A stretch of 41,442 nucleotides of DNA. Origin: a bacterium. GTDB lineage: Bacteria; Zhuqueibacterota; Zhuqueibacteria; Oceanimicrobiales; Oceanimicrobiaceae. The stretch is from contig JBHHWX010000002.1 in assembly GCA_046756745.1 (NCBI GenBank), positions 1 through 41,442 on the forward strand, given 5' to 3'. Every line of letters starts with the position of its first letter. The first letter of the stretch is position 1. Position numbers and translations under genes: made by a program. Under the pieces are notes generated by a model. The model searched no databases. It was not told the DNA's origin and was given only the letters and a program-made list of their open reading frames with translations. Positions 9,196 to 17,279 of the stretch are shown here, piece after piece.

Positions 9196-9508
9196 GCGGC
9201 TGTGCAAAATTGATTGGGTAATTATATCTGGCAAAGGTAACATTTGTTTCTTAACGCAGAGATACATACACTAAAAGGCAAAACGATTTGGGGCAAAATA
9301 ATTTGTAAAGAAAGCAGAAATACCCATCGAGCCTTTGCCCATCCGGCATCTGCCTGGAATCTGCCAGAGAAATCCCACTGAATTGAATTCAATAAGGTTT
9401 ATTTCTGCGGGATTTCTATTTCTGTGGGCGGATTTTTTTAATAGTTTTGCCCAAAATTGTTTTGCCTTTCTTCGTTAAGATTTACCAAGTTATTTTCGCA
9501 CACATCCC
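9196..9508. mobile_element. Nested inverted-repeat element
   Basis: Inner arms 9274-9298 and 9445-9469 are inverted at 23/25 nt; TCTTAACG/CGTTAAGA pair outside them; degenerate outer ends (GGCTGTGCAAAAT / ATTTTCGCACAC). Confidence 0.65.
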
Positions 9509-9528
9509 AAGTAAAACAATCGGAACCT

Positions 9529-10761
9529 ATGAATAATCCAAACCTGTCTGTATTGCTTTCTTTCCTGCTTCTTTCCGTCTGCCAAACTCGCCCTGTTGAA
9601 ACGGGCCTGGATCGTATTTCAGAGTATCAGCACCTCTTCGCAGGCAAACGGGTGGGCATCGTCACCAATCACACCGCGTACAACTCAAAAAACGAGCACA
9701 TTGTCGATGTTTTTGGACAATTAGAAAATGTGACGGTGACGGCGCTTTTCGCTCCTGAGCACGGCATACGCGGACATGAAGAGGCCGGTAAGCAAATTCA
9801 ATCAGAATCCGATCCGGTAAAAGACATTCCCATTTTTAGTTTGTACGGCAAAACCAGAAAGCCAACAGAGGACATGCTGACGAACTTCGATATACTGGTG
9901 TTCGATATTCAAGATATCGGGGCGCGTTTTTACACCTACATTTACACGATGGCGCTTGCGATGGAAGCTGCGGCTGAGCAAAATAAGCCATTTGTCGTCC
10001 TGGACCGGCCGAATCCAATCACCGGAGCTTACGTTGAAGGCAACATTCTTGAACCGGAGTTTGCCTCTTTTGTCGGTCTCTACCCGATTCCGGTGCGGCA
10101 CGGAATGACAGTCGGTGAGCTGGCAACCATGTTTAATAAGGAAGGATGGCTGAAGAACGGCGTCACAGCAGATCTAACCGTCGTACCTATGAATCATTGG
10201 CAGCGTTCGCTCTGGTATGACGAAACAGGGTTAAGATTCATCAAACCTTCTCCGAATATGCCCGATTTGGCTTCGGCGACACTCTACCCGGGCGCTTGTT
10301 TGCTGGAAGGAACCAATGTTTCAGAGGGCAGGGGCACACAAACACCGTTTGAGCTTTTCGGCGCTCCCTGGATTGATGCAAAGCTGCTCACTCAAAGACT
10401 GAATGAGCTCGAGGTACCAGGCGTTGCCTTTAGAGAGACTTCTTTCACCCCGGTTTCCATGCCAGGCGCCGCTGCAAATCCGAAGTACAAGAACAAAGAA
10501 TGTTACGGAAGCACAATCATGGTAACGGACCGTTTGCGATTCAGCCCTTATGTGATGGGTCTTCACATTGTACGCCTAATCCATGAAATGTATCCGGACA
10601 GCCTGCAATGGCATGTCGGGCATTTTGACCGGCTGTGTGGAAGTGCAAGAGTCAGGGAAACGATTTTACAGGAAGGCGGCGTCTCGGCCCTGCAACGACG
10701 CTGGCAGGAGCGACTTCAAGGTTTTATGAAAATGAGACAGAAGTATCTGATGTATGATTAA
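9529..10761 (+). CDS. namZ: Exo-beta-N-acetylmuramidase NamZ family (DUF1343)
   Basis: GKRVGIVTNHT, LFAPEHGIRG, FDIQDIGARFYTY, LDRPNP, RHGMTVGELA, PSPNMP, EGTNVSEGRGT. Confidence 0.92.
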   Translation: MNNPNLSVLLSFLLLSVCQTRPVETGLDRISEYQHLFAGKRVGIVTNHTAYNSKNEHIVDVFGQLENVTVTALFAPEHGIRGHEEAGKQIQSESDPVKDIPIFSLYGKTRKPTEDMLTNFDILVFDIQDIGARFYTYIYTMALAMEAAAEQNKPFVVLDRPNPITGAYVEGNILEPEFASFVGLYPIPVRHGMTVGELATMFNKEGWLKNGVTADLTVVPMNHWQRSLWYDETGLRFIKPSPNMPDLASATLYPGACLLEGTNVSEGRGTQTPFELFGAPWIDAKLLTQRLNELEVPGVAFRETSFTPVSMPGAAANPKYKNKECYGSTIMVTDRLRFSPYVMGLHIVRLIHEMYPDSLQWHVGHFDRLCGSARVRETILQEGGVSALQRRWQERLQGFMKMRQKYLMYD

Positions 10762-10850
10762 CGATCCTAAAGTCTTGTATCCATTGGTAGCCCTTATCCG
10801 TTGAGATTTTTCTATCAAATCTTCATTAATACCCTGTGATCGGTTACTAA

Positions 10851-11046
10851 CCTGAATAATTCATAGCCACCAAGACACGAAGACGCAAAGGGCTCGCAAA
10901 GCTTTAATTTATTGTGAGTTAGGCTGTCAATGTTGGAATCTTCAAATATTGGTTTGAAAACAAAGGTTAATAACTCATCATGGTTTAACTTAGTGATTTC
11001 TTTGTGACTTAGCGCCTTCGTGGCTAAAATTCATGAATAATCCAGG
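10851..11046. mobile_element. Miniature element with CCTG(A/G)AT(A/T)ATTCAT terminal inverted repeats enclosing an inverted AGCCAC(C/G)AAG 8-nt-period doublet
   Basis: CCTGAATAATTCAT (10851-10864) versus ATGAATAATCCAGG (11033-11046), 12/14; inner arms 10865-10890 and 11000-11025. Confidence 0.75.
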
Positions 11047-11068
11047 GTGAAAGAGTAATTTGTTTAAG

Positions 11069-11097
11069 TTGACTCTGATTATTCGATTCGTTAAATT
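11069..11097 (+). promoter_or_regulatory. Sigma70-type promoter of the DUF302-aro operon
   Basis: TTGACT-17 nt-TAAATT, 33 nt upstream of the ATG at 11131. Confidence 0.6.
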
Positions 11098-11130
11098 TTA
11101 TTCTATCGGCACAAATAGAAAGGTGTAAAA

Positions 11131-11514
11131 ATGAAGTACTATTTTAACAAAACCCTCGACATTTCATTTGACGAAGCGATTCAAAAAGTAACGAACGAGC
11201 TTCAGAAAGAAGGCTTCGGAATTTTGACTGTGATAGATGTGAAGGAGACCCTCAAGAAGAAGTTGGATGTAGAGTTTCGCCCTTACAAAATTTTGGGCGC
11301 TTGTAATCCTGGCTTTGCTTATCAAGCCTTGCAAACCGAACCCCATATCGGAACCATGCTTCCATGTAATGTCATCGTGCAGGACACCGGTTCCGTTGTT
11401 GAGGTCGCGGCTGTTGACCCCAAAGCTTCGATGGCGGCTGTGGAAAATCCTGAGCTCGAAGGCGTTGCGAATCAAGTGCAAGACTTGTTGAAAAAAATCA
11501 TCGAACGACTGTAA
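11131..11514 (+). CDS. DUF302 domain protein
   Basis: GFGILTVIDVKETLKKKL, YKILGACNP, IGTMLPCNV. Confidence 0.92.
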   Translation: MKYYFNKTLDISFDEAIQKVTNELQKEGFGILTVIDVKETLKKKLDVEFRPYKILGACNPGFAYQALQTEPHIGTMLPCNVIVQDTGSVVEVAAVDPKASMAAVENPELEGVANQVQDLLKKIIERL

Positions 11515-11525
11515 CCTTCTGGCAG

Positions 11526-12638
11526 ATGAATAGCACTTTGAAATTTCAAACCATAACCATCTTCGGACTTGGGTTGATTGGAGGCTCCATCGCCGCGGCT
11601 CTAAGGCACAAGCGGGTTCCGATGAAAATTATCGGTGTGGATAAGGGGCCGGTTATTCAAAAGGCCCTCAGCTTGAATTTGATTCACAGCGGTTTTTCTA
11701 TCACAGATGACTTTGGCCCGGGGTTAGCTGAAACAGAGCTGGTTATTTTGGCTGCCCCGATTAAACAAATCCTCGAGCTCCTCGAACGGATTCCATCGAA
11801 ATTGCAACCCGGTACTTTGGTCACCGACGTTGGCAGTACGAAAGAATGCATCGTCGAAACCGCTCATAACCACCTTCCACAAGACGTTTATTTTTTAGGC
11901 GCTCATCCCATGGCCGGCTCCGAAAAGAGCGGGGTTGAACACGCTGACCCTTTCCTTTTTGAAAACGCTGTTTACATTCTCACCGAAAGAGAAACTGTTC
12001 CTGAAGAGATTTTGGCATCTTTTGTTGAGTTCATTGACCTTCTCGGGGCAGCACCGCTGTTTTTGCCGGCGCAATTTCACGATGAGATCGCAGCCGCAGT
12101 CAGCCATTTACCGCAACTTCTGTCGGTGACTCTCATGCAGTGCGCGCGGAAACGCAGCGAGAACAATCCCGCTTTGCTAAAACTAGCGGGCGGCGGATTT
12201 CGCGATATGACAAGAATTGCTTCGAGTCCGTATTCGATGTGGGCGGATATTTTCGAGACCAATCGCGAAAACATCGAATCGGTTCTGTCTGAATTTCAAG
12301 CTGTTCTGGAAAAGATCAAACTCATGTTTCTCGAGAATAGGCTTCGTCCGATTTTTGAAGAAGCCGGCAGGAGTCGACTTTCGATTCCTCACGTCAACCG
12401 TGGATTTCTCAATCCCTATTTTGATGTCGTGGTCATTGTCGAAGATAAGCCGGGGGTGATTGCTGAAATTGCATCGAGTCTCGCTGAAAAAAACATCAAT
12501 ATTAAAGATATTGAGATATTAAAAGTACGGGAGGGGGAAGCCGGGACTCTCAGACTGGCTTTTGAAAGTCATCAGCAGCGAGAATCGGCGATAAAACTCT
12601 TGGCCCAAAAAGGATATCAAGCAACCTCCAGAGATTAG
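11526..12638 (+). CDS. tyrA: Prephenate/arogenate dehydrogenase with C-terminal ACT domain
   Basis: GLGLIGGS Rossmann motif, TDVGSTK, HPMAGSE, HD...SHLPQ, GFRDMTRIA; ACT motif DKPGVIAEI. Confidence 0.93.
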   Translation: MNSTLKFQTITIFGLGLIGGSIAAALRHKRVPMKIIGVDKGPVIQKALSLNLIHSGFSITDDFGPGLAETELVILAAPIKQILELLERIPSKLQPGTLVTDVGSTKECIVETAHNHLPQDVYFLGAHPMAGSEKSGVEHADPFLFENAVYILTERETVPEEILASFVEFIDLLGAAPLFLPAQFHDEIAAAVSHLPQLLSVTLMQCARKRSENNPALLKLAGGGFRDMTRIASSPYSMWADIFETNRENIESVLSEFQAVLEKIKLMFLENRLRPIFEEAGRSRLSIPHVNRGFLNPYFDVVVIVEDKPGVIAEIASSLAEKNINIKDIEILKVREGEAGTLRLAFESHQQRESAIKLLAQKGYQATSRD

Positions 12639-12706
12639 CCTGAATTTACACACAACAAAACAGATGAGTTCACAAAAGTCAAACCTGCATTCTTCAAGCG
12701 GTCACG

Positions 12707-12769
12707 TTGGGTGTTCAGCCTTTAGGCTGTCAGTCCCATAAAGATAGCACGCTAACGCGTGAACACCAA
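12707..12769. repeat. REP-like doublet between tyrA and aroA
   Basis: TTGGGTGTTCAGCCTTTAGGCTG ... CACGCTAACGCGTGAACACCAA: two small hairpins in inverted orientation with complementary GGTGTTCA/TGAACACC feet. Confidence 0.7.
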
Positions 12770-12790
12770 TTCACTAAAGCTGGAAAGATT

Positions 12791-14074
12791 ATGAAGTGGA
12801 TTCTTCATCCTGCTCGAAAAATATACGGGTCCATCACGCTCCCCGGAGATAAATCTATCTCTCATCGCGCATTAATGCTGAGCGCAATTGCAGACGGGAC
12901 ATCGACCATCGAAAATTTGTCAGACGGTCTTGATGTGGCAAACACGGCTTTGTGTCTACAAAACCTTGGCATTCAAGTCCACAAGACAACCGGGCGCGTT
13001 TCCGTGTTTGGACAGGGTTTGTGTGGTCTCGAACCGCCTCTGCAGCCGCTCGATGTGGGCAACTCCGGCACGACCATGCGGCTGCTCGCGGGCATTTTGG
13101 CGGGGCAGTCGTTTGAATCCGTTCTCACTGGTGACGCATCGATTCGAAGACGCCCGATGGCGCGAATCATCGAACCTTTGCAGAAAATGGGCGCCGGAAT
13201 TGCGACGACAAATGGAGAACATGCTCCGATTCATATTCATGGCCGAGCTCTGCAAGCAATCCGGTATCCTATGCCCGTGGCAAGCGCCCAAGTGAAATCG
13301 TGTGTTCTTTTTGCCGGGCTCTATGCTGATGGCACGACCGAGGTTATCGAACCTTGTGCCACCCGAGATCATACCGAGCGAATGCTTCATAGTTTTGGCG
13401 CCAATATTCGAAAAAAGGGCGATTGTAGTTCAGTTCAACAATGCGAGCAGTTAAAGGCACGCGACCTGTTTGTTCCCGGAGATTTGTCGTCAGCCGTATT
13501 TTTTATCGCAGCCGCGCTTATGCTTCCCGGCTCAGAATTGCACATAAAAGAAATCGGACTCAATCCGACACGAACAGCCTTTTTGAGCACCCTCATCGAC
13601 ATGGGAGCGAAGATTGAGATTATGAATGTGATTAATCGTAATGGCGAGCTGACAGGAGACCTGGTTGTCAAGCATTCGGACTTGACTGGAAAAAAAATAG
13701 ACGACCGCTTGATTCCTCAGTTGATCGACGAAATTCCTATCTTAGCGGTTTTGGCGTCACAGGCACAAGGGACGACCGAGCTCCGAAATGCGCAGGAGCT
13801 GCGATTTAAGGAGTCCGATAGACTCGATGCACTGAGCAGGAATTTGTCAAAAATGGGAGTTGAACTTCAAGAGCTTGAAGATGGTTTAATTATTCACGGT
13901 CCGGCGAAATTAAACGGCGCTGAAATCGATAGTTTTGGCGATCACCGCATCGCCATGGCTTTTTCGATTGCGGCGTTAATTTCGGAGAAGGAAACAACCT
14001 TAAAAGATGCGGAATGTGTCAGCGTCAGTTGTCCACGTTTTTTTAACCTATTAGAGAACGTGACCGTTGGGTGA
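12791..14074 (+). CDS. aroA: 3-phosphoshikimate 1-carboxyvinyltransferase (EPSP synthase, class II)
   Basis: PGDKSISHR, GNSGTTMR, ASAQVKS, RDHTERM, IDEIP, KESDR, DHRIAM; start moved to ATG 12791, past the repeat. Confidence 0.96.
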   Translation: MKWILHPARKIYGSITLPGDKSISHRALMLSAIADGTSTIENLSDGLDVANTALCLQNLGIQVHKTTGRVSVFGQGLCGLEPPLQPLDVGNSGTTMRLLAGILAGQSFESVLTGDASIRRRPMARIIEPLQKMGAGIATTNGEHAPIHIHGRALQAIRYPMPVASAQVKSCVLFAGLYADGTTEVIEPCATRDHTERMLHSFGANIRKKGDCSSVQQCEQLKARDLFVPGDLSSAVFFIAAALMLPGSELHIKEIGLNPTRTAFLSTLIDMGAKIEIMNVINRNGELTGDLVVKHSDLTGKKIDDRLIPQLIDEIPILAVLASQAQGTTELRNAQELRFKESDRLDALSRNLSKMGVELQELEDGLIIHGPAKLNGAEIDSFGDHRIAMAFSIAALISEKETTLKDAECVSVSCPRFFNLLENVTVG

Positions 14075-14942
14075 AGAAAACGAAAAGCTGTTCGGACTTA
14101 TCGGAACGCCACTCGGTCACTCCTTATCGTCATTTCTGCATCAGCAGATCTTTGTTGATCTCAAAATTTCCGGATGCTATCATGCATTTGAAATCTCCGA
14201 GGAGAGGGTGGAAGCAGCTTTAGAGGGAATGAGAGCGTTGGGTTTTACCGGCTTCAATGTGACTGTCCCGCATAAGCAACGAGTGATCCCGTACTTAGAT
14301 GAAAAGAGCCCGGAAGTTCAAGCCACCTGCGCTGTTAATACAGTTCGAATCCAAGCAGGAAGACTCTTAGGTTTCAATACAGACGTTTCCGGTTTTTCAC
14401 GTGCTTTAAGGAGCGGAAACATGTTTGTCAACGGAAGTTCGGCGATTATCCTCGGAGCGGGTGGCGCAGCGCGGGCTGTCACTTTTGCTTTGATTCAAGA
14501 TGGGGTGAAGGAAATTTATCTGTGTAACCGGTCACAAGATCGTGCAGATCAGTTGGTTTCGGAATACAGCCAGTCGACCGGCTTTAACAACTTTAAGGTT
14601 CGCGACCTTCGGCAGGACTCGATTTTGGCTCTCTTAGAGAGATCAGAATTTATTATCAACGCGACTTCAGTCGGAATGTGGCCGAATTCCGAGACGACGC
14701 CATTTGAGTTTTCCATAAAGGTAAAACATATGACCGCGATAGACTTGGTTTATAATCCATTGCAGACGAAATTTTTATTGAGCGCTAACAAAGCCGGCGC
14801 ACGCGTCATGGATGGATTAAACATGTTTCTTTTTCAAGGCATCGAATCCATGCAGATTTGGACGGCGCGAAAAATCGCACTCGACGTAAAAAAACTTCGC
14901 ACCAAAATGATCGAAAGGCTTGGGATTTATGAACAAAATTAA
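14067..14942 (+). CDS. aroE: Shikimate dehydrogenase
   Basis: HSLS, GFNVTVPHK, AVNT, NTD, GAGGAARA, INATSVGM, DLVYNP. Confidence 0.95.
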   Translation: MGEENEKLFGLIGTPLGHSLSSFLHQQIFVDLKISGCYHAFEISEERVEAALEGMRALGFTGFNVTVPHKQRVIPYLDEKSPEVQATCAVNTVRIQAGRLLGFNTDVSGFSRALRSGNMFVNGSSAIILGAGGAARAVTFALIQDGVKEIYLCNRSQDRADQLVSEYSQSTGFNNFKVRDLRQDSILALLERSEFIINATSVGMWPNSETTPFEFSIKVKHMTAIDLVYNPLQTKFLLSANKAGARVMDGLNMFLFQGIESMQIWTARKIALDVKKLRTKMIERLGIYEQN

Positions 14943-16128
14943 GTTTTTGACCGGAGGTGAATCTCACGGCCAGGGTTTGGTTGGAATTTTGGAAGGAATT
15001 CCAGCCGGCCTATCTTTGAGCGAAGAAGATATTTTCAAAGAGTTGCAACGCCGTCAAATGGGGTACGGTCGTGGCGGACGTATGAAGATCGAGACCGATC
15101 GCGCCCAAATCCTATCGGGCGTCCGGTTCGGAAAAACCTTAGGCAGCCCGATCTCGCTTTCAATAGAAAATAAAGATTGGAAGAATTGGCGCACAAAAAT
15201 GGCGGTCGAGGCCATCCCTGATAAGCCGGAAGAAGTTGTGGTGCCACGCCCCGGGCATGTGGATTTTGCCGGCGTCCTTAAATACGGTCATACCGATATC
15301 CGGAACGTATTAGAACGGGCCAGTGCACGGGAGACCGCCATGCGAGTTGCTCTGGGAGCGATTACGAAAAAATTTCTCACTGTTTTTGGCGTGACTATTG
15401 CCAGCCATGTGATTCAAATTCATACTCTCAAAAATACTTACACGGTCTCGGAAATCGGCAATCCGGATAAAGAGACTCTTGAGCAGCTCGCAAACATGAA
15501 CGAGCGAGCGGATTTGTCGCCTGTTCGCTGTTTGAACGACAAGCTCGAGCAAGAAATGGTTGCAAAAATCGATGAAGCCCATGCAAACCGGAATACAGTG
15601 GGAGGCGTGTTTGAAGTCATCGCGCTTAATGTGCCAATTGGCTTAGGCAGCCACGTTCACTGGGATCGGAAATTAGACGCCCGCATAGCCTATGCCATGA
15701 TGAGTATTCCAGCAATGAAAGGCGTCGAAATTGGAACGGGATTCGAATCCGCAGGACAATTCGGTTCTGAAGTTCACGACGAGATTTATTTCGATGATAG
15801 ACTGAAGAGTTACTACCGCAGCAGCAACCACGCCGGCGGGTGTGAAGGGGGAATCACCAACGGCCTGCCAGTCATTGTCCGTGTGGCGATGAAACCGATT
15901 TCCACATTGATGAGTCCGCTTGCTTCGGTAAATATGGCGACAAAAGAAAAAGTAACCGCGCATGTCGAACGAAGCGACGTATGCGCCGTCCCAGCGGCGT
16001 CGATCATCGGCGAAGCCATTCTCAGCTTAGTTCTGGCCGATGCTTTTATAGAGAAATTCGGGGGGGACTCTATAGCGGAAATAAAAAAATCGCATGAACA
16101 CTGGCAGGACACAATTGCCTCCCGATAA
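14929..16128 (+). CDS. aroC: Chorismate synthase
   Basis: GESHG, PRPGHVD, ERASARETA, MKPISTL, RSDVC. Confidence 0.97.
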   Translation: MNKIKFLTGGESHGQGLVGILEGIPAGLSLSEEDIFKELQRRQMGYGRGGRMKIETDRAQILSGVRFGKTLGSPISLSIENKDWKNWRTKMAVEAIPDKPEEVVVPRPGHVDFAGVLKYGHTDIRNVLERASARETAMRVALGAITKKFLTVFGVTIASHVIQIHTLKNTYTVSEIGNPDKETLEQLANMNERADLSPVRCLNDKLEQEMVAKIDEAHANRNTVGGVFEVIALNVPIGLGSHVHWDRKLDARIAYAMMSIPAMKGVEIGTGFESAGQFGSEVHDEIYFDDRLKSYYRSSNHAGGCEGGITNGLPVIVRVAMKPISTLMSPLASVNMATKEKVTAHVERSDVCAVPAASIIGEAILSLVLADAFIEKFGGDSIAEIKKSHEHWQDTIASR

Positions 16129-16642
16129 GAATATCTACCTCATCGGTTTTATGGCAGCCGGAAAGACAACCGTAGGTAAAATTCTTGCAGGAGAAATGCA
16201 GCGGCCGTTTTGGGATACGGATGATGTTGTTGAAGCTATGTGCCGGCAATCCATTCCGGAAATTTTTCAGCAACACGGTGAAAGCCGTTTCCGGGAATTG
16301 GAAACCGCAGCCCTGCGCCAGGTCGCTCAAAAGCAACCTGCTGTCGTGGCATTAGGAGGGGGTGCTGTGATGCATCCTGTCAACCGGGCGCTCATTCGAA
16401 ATTCCGGCATAAGTATCTATTTGAAGTGGCCTCTCCCGGTCCTTTTATCCAGGCTAAACTTGAATGGCTCGCGCCCACTTGTCACGGACTCCGGTCTTGA
16501 GAAAAAAGAACAACATCTCCGAGCACTTTATAACAATCGAGTCGCTCTGTACGAAATGGCAGACTATATTGTTGAGAATGAAAAAGGCGAGGCCCCGGAT
16601 CGAGTGGTTGAGCGCTTAATGAAATATTTTCAGAATGAATAA
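16094..16642 (+). CDS. aroK: Shikimate kinase
   Basis: GFMAAGKTT P-loop, DTD, GESRFRELE, GGG, SRPL. Confidence 0.95.
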   Translation: MNTGRTQLPPDKNIYLIGFMAAGKTTVGKILAGEMQRPFWDTDDVVEAMCRQSIPEIFQQHGESRFRELETAALRQVAQKQPAVVALGGGAVMHPVNRALIRNSGISIYLKWPLPVLLSRLNLNGSRPLVTDSGLEKKEQHLRALYNNRVALYEMADYIVENEKGEAPDRVVERLMKYFQNE

Positions 16643-17081
16643 ACGAAAAAACATTATCGTGATAAACGGCCCCAATCTCAATCTTTTAGGAGAACGGGAA
16701 CAGGATATTTACGGCCAGCAAACTTTACCGGAGATCAATGATTGGATAAGGAAATGTGCGGATGAAATGAACATTGCAGTCAAATTTTTTCAATCCAACC
16801 ATGAAGGCGAAATTATCGATTTTATACAAGAAATGCGAAAATGGGCTGATGGAATCGTCATCAATCCTGGGGCTTTGACCCACTACAGTTACGCACTCCG
16901 GGACGCACTATCCGCAGTCAATGTACCTGCGGTTGAAGTGCATCTCTCCGATATCACACGTCGCGAAAAGTTTCGAAAGATATCCGTTGTGAAAGATGTC
17001 TGTGTCAAACAGATTTTTGGATTGGGACCCAAAGGATATCTTGATGCATTGAAATATTTCACCTTGAATGAGTTACACTGA
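16635..17081 (+). CDS. aroQ: Type II 3-dehydroquinate dehydratase
   Basis: NGPNLNLLGERE, QSNHEG, INPGALTHYS, VEVHLS. Confidence 0.97.
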   Translation: MNKRKNIIVINGPNLNLLGEREQDIYGQQTLPEINDWIRKCADEMNIAVKFFQSNHEGEIIDFIQEMRKWADGIVINPGALTHYSYALRDALSAVNVPAVEVHLSDITRREKFRKISVVKDVCVKQIFGLGPKGYLDALKYFTLNELH

Positions 17082-17225
17082 TGATTCATGTCTGCCAATT
17101 TTACACAAAACCAGTCAATTTCCTGACATATAGGAATGTTTTGAATAGAAATCTTGGTAACGAGAAATCATGTTATCAAGCGTAATCCTCTAATTTATAA
17201 TAAACTAACTCAGGTGCCATATTTA

Positions 17226-17241
17226 TGGAACAGAAGTTGCT
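17226..17241 (+). promoter_or_regulatory. Sigma54 (-24/-12) promoter upstream of lon
   Basis: TGGAACAGAAGTTGCT = GG-N10-GC, one mismatch to TGGCAC-N5-TTGC, 38 nt upstream of the lon ATG. Confidence 0.6.
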
Positions 17242-17279
17242 CCAGCAAAGCCTCGGTAAAACAATACAAGGGAAAAAAC

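Noticed and set aside
11047-12790. T-box or leader-peptide attenuator for the aromatic operon
   Set aside because: The leader is only about 30 nt, there is no T-box motif or aromatic-codon-rich peptide, and the hairpins before aroA are REP-like.
1876-17279. Long N-terminal extensions given by the ORF track (starts at 1876, 5101, 7966, 9457, 12707, 17154)
   Set aside because: They run through terminators, repeats or promoters; downstream starts give better RBSs, signal peptides and family-typical N termini.
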